From: Yuukianura sp. NJ FZ-2021
Taxonomy: Eukaryota
DNA: 64,000 nt
Assembly (NCBI GenBank): GCA_046563655.1
Contig: CM102287.1
Span: forward strand, 9,176,001-9,240,000
Direction of reading: 5' to 3'
The notes beneath the pieces are model-generated. The model was not told where the DNA came from, did no database searches, and worked only from the letters and a program-made list of their open reading frames with translations. The position numbers and the translations under genes were made by a program. Positions 61,980 through 64,000 of this stretch are shown piece after piece. Numbering within the stretch: the first letter of the stretch is position 1; every line of letters begins with the position of its first letter.

Positions 61980-64000
61980 ATGATTCTCGAAATGAAGTCG
62001 AGTCCAGCAAGTGAAAGTTTGAAACGACCAGCAAAATATGGAAATTCAATTCCACTCAAAAAGAGACGTATCAAATACGAACCGGAAGAGGAACCAATGC
62101 AACTCGTATCTCCAAATGGTAAGATTCCAAAAACGTTTTCAAATCGACTTTTTAAAAATGAAAAACGTTAAAAAACGACAGTTTTTGAAATTTGGATTTG
62201 AAAGTTGTTGGGCTTGGACAACATCCAATTTAGAATTTATAGGAAAGACTTTAATTTTGAATGCAACCTGCATAGGTTATTGCCTTCCTCGTAAAAATGA
62301 GTCATCCAGTTTTGAAAATCTTTTGTTTCAAAATTTTGAAACACCTTTTTGAACCTTTTTTGAAAAAAAAAATAGTACTTCTTCCATTGTCTTAAAAAAC
62401 GAAAAGTGTTAAAATTAACGCCAAAGGTGACTAAAAAGTTGCCGGTGAGTCATAGGATTAACAAAAATGAGACAAAAAGTGTCAAGTTTTTGTAAATTTT
62501 AGAAAAATGCAGTTTTGAAAAACACTTTTTTTAAATAAAAAGTAAAGTAAAGTGGCTAGAAGCAAAAAGTTTTTAGGTATGAACACCTTACCAGAAAATA
62601 CAAAGGAAAATTTTTACAAAGATTTCCATTATTGAGTAAAAGCTTTTATGTATTGGTAACTTTGCGACACGGAATTTTTCTAAATCTGAAAGAAAATCTG
62701 TCAAAGAAGATTTTTTTTTTGAAAAAACGAAAATTCCTCATTGCATTGTGTAAGGTGGAAGCTAAATTTTCAAAGACATTTTTTCATAAATCTTTTGTCC
62801 ACTCCAACAATTGACCAGACTTTGGAGATTTAAATCTGCCGTGGCAGGTTACAAAAATTTCAAAAAATGACACAATTCCTAAACCAAACTTTTTTTTTGT
62901 ATTGCGCAGGTACAATAATGGAACCGTTGGACATTTCTTCAGAACCAGAAAACTTGTCTACAAAACCACAAGATCTAAGCATCACATCCCACGGAAAAGT
63001 AAACCCACCATCACCAGCCCCACCATCACGCATTGCCTTTGACCCACCACAAATTCAAAACATCCACCGTCAAATCCATGCATTTTATCCACCAAAAGGC
63101 CCCACCGCTGGACCCCTCGAGCCAATCAACTTCAACCAACCAACTTGGTCCCACCACAGTCTCTTTACACCCTACAACCCACGGAACCACCACCAATTCT
63201 TTGCCCCACCAAATCACACCCACCATTACCCCCCAAAGAGAGAATTCATTCTGCCTCATGACTCTCCTGCGCATGACCAAATGTCACAGTACAGACCAAT
63301 CCCAATGCGTCCATCTCCACCAGCCAAACACTTTGAAATGATTCATCCCACGCAGGTCAAGACAGAGGTCATGCGTCTCTCTGAACTCGGCACAGTCACA
63401 CACAGAATCAAAGTGGAAGCGGAAGACACACTCCGATCATTGCCAGTGAGGGACTCTGTCATCAGCCACAGCAACAGTCAAGCGCAGTTCCACCCTTCAA
63501 CTACTTCGCAGTACCGTGAAACCGTGAGTCGCAGCAGTTGCGACTCGGGCGTCTCCTCCCCCTCGGGCAGTTCCTGCCACTCGTCTTCCAGCGCCGTGAG
63601 TGGGACCGTGGTGAACGGGACGGTGCGCTACCAGTGTCCGAACTGCTCCAAGTCCTACTCGACGGTGTCTGGGCTGTCGAAGCATGTGCAGTTCCACTGT
63701 TCCGTCGCTGTGAAGAAGTCGTTCGTGTGCAAGGACTGTGACAAAGTGTACGTGTCCCTGGGAGCCCTTAAGATGCACATTCGGACTCACACTCTGCCCT
63801 GCAAGTGCACAGTGTGTGGCAAGGCCTTTTCCCGCCCCTGGCTCCTCCAAGGGCACTTAAGGACCCACACGGGGAGAAGCCCTTTGCCTGTTCCCATTGC
63901 CACAGGGCCTTCGCAGACAGATCCAATCTAAGGGCCCACCTCCAGACCCACTCTGATGTTAAAAAGTACTCGTGCAGTCGCTGTGCAAAAACTTTCTCCA
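61980..64000 (+). CDS. Snail/escargot-family zinc-finger repressor, copy 2 (apparent 1-bp frameshift after finger 3; homology runs off the window end)
   Basis: Exon 1 61980-62118 ([11 protein letters not shown]), exon 2 from 62910 (PLDIS, PENLS, PQDLS). From 63084 nearly identical to copy 1. G4 at 63871-63874 versus G5 in copy 1 shifts the frame. Confidence 0.9.

Noticed and set aside
61980..64000. Second snail gene as a haplotypic false duplication of the first
   Set aside because: Exon 1, the intron, the start of exon 2 and the upstream DNA are far too diverged to be alleles; only the 3' tract identity could be artefactual.

Overview
AT-rich eukaryotic genomic DNA with short (about 60-130 bp) GT-AG introns. 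Gene content and the SNAG-less, NT-box-type Snail proteins point to a hexapod/pancrustacean arthropod; a springtail is plausible but that is only inference. The first ~37 kb is gene-dense: a pancreatic-type lipase, a small secreted peptide, a luciferase-like acyl-CoA synthetase, an OR/GR-like 7TM receptor, two CUB-domain paralogs, a 131-bp satellite, an FxxGR-repeat protein, a peptide GPCR, a Cys-loop channel, an intronless secreted protein resembling part of a baculovirus-F/errantivirus envelope, MED7 (with a MITE-like element just upstream of its ATG), ANKMY2, a DM4/DM12-like membrane protein, TMX2 (split by a 100-N gap), DHX37/kurz and Nup35. The rest is two tandem snail/escargot-family paralogs separated by ~24.5 kb without recognisable genes, densely seeded with a palindromic GGGCCCTTAAGGGCCC-type motif. 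Best candidates for novelty: (1) the apparently domesticated viral-F-derived gene, (2) the motif-saturated inter-snail domain, where the motif also appears in the zinc-finger codons, and (3) near-perfect homogenisation of the 3' exon parts of two otherwise diverged snail paralogs. All family calls come from visual motif recognition; no database searches were run, exon boundaries were read by eye and counts are manual.
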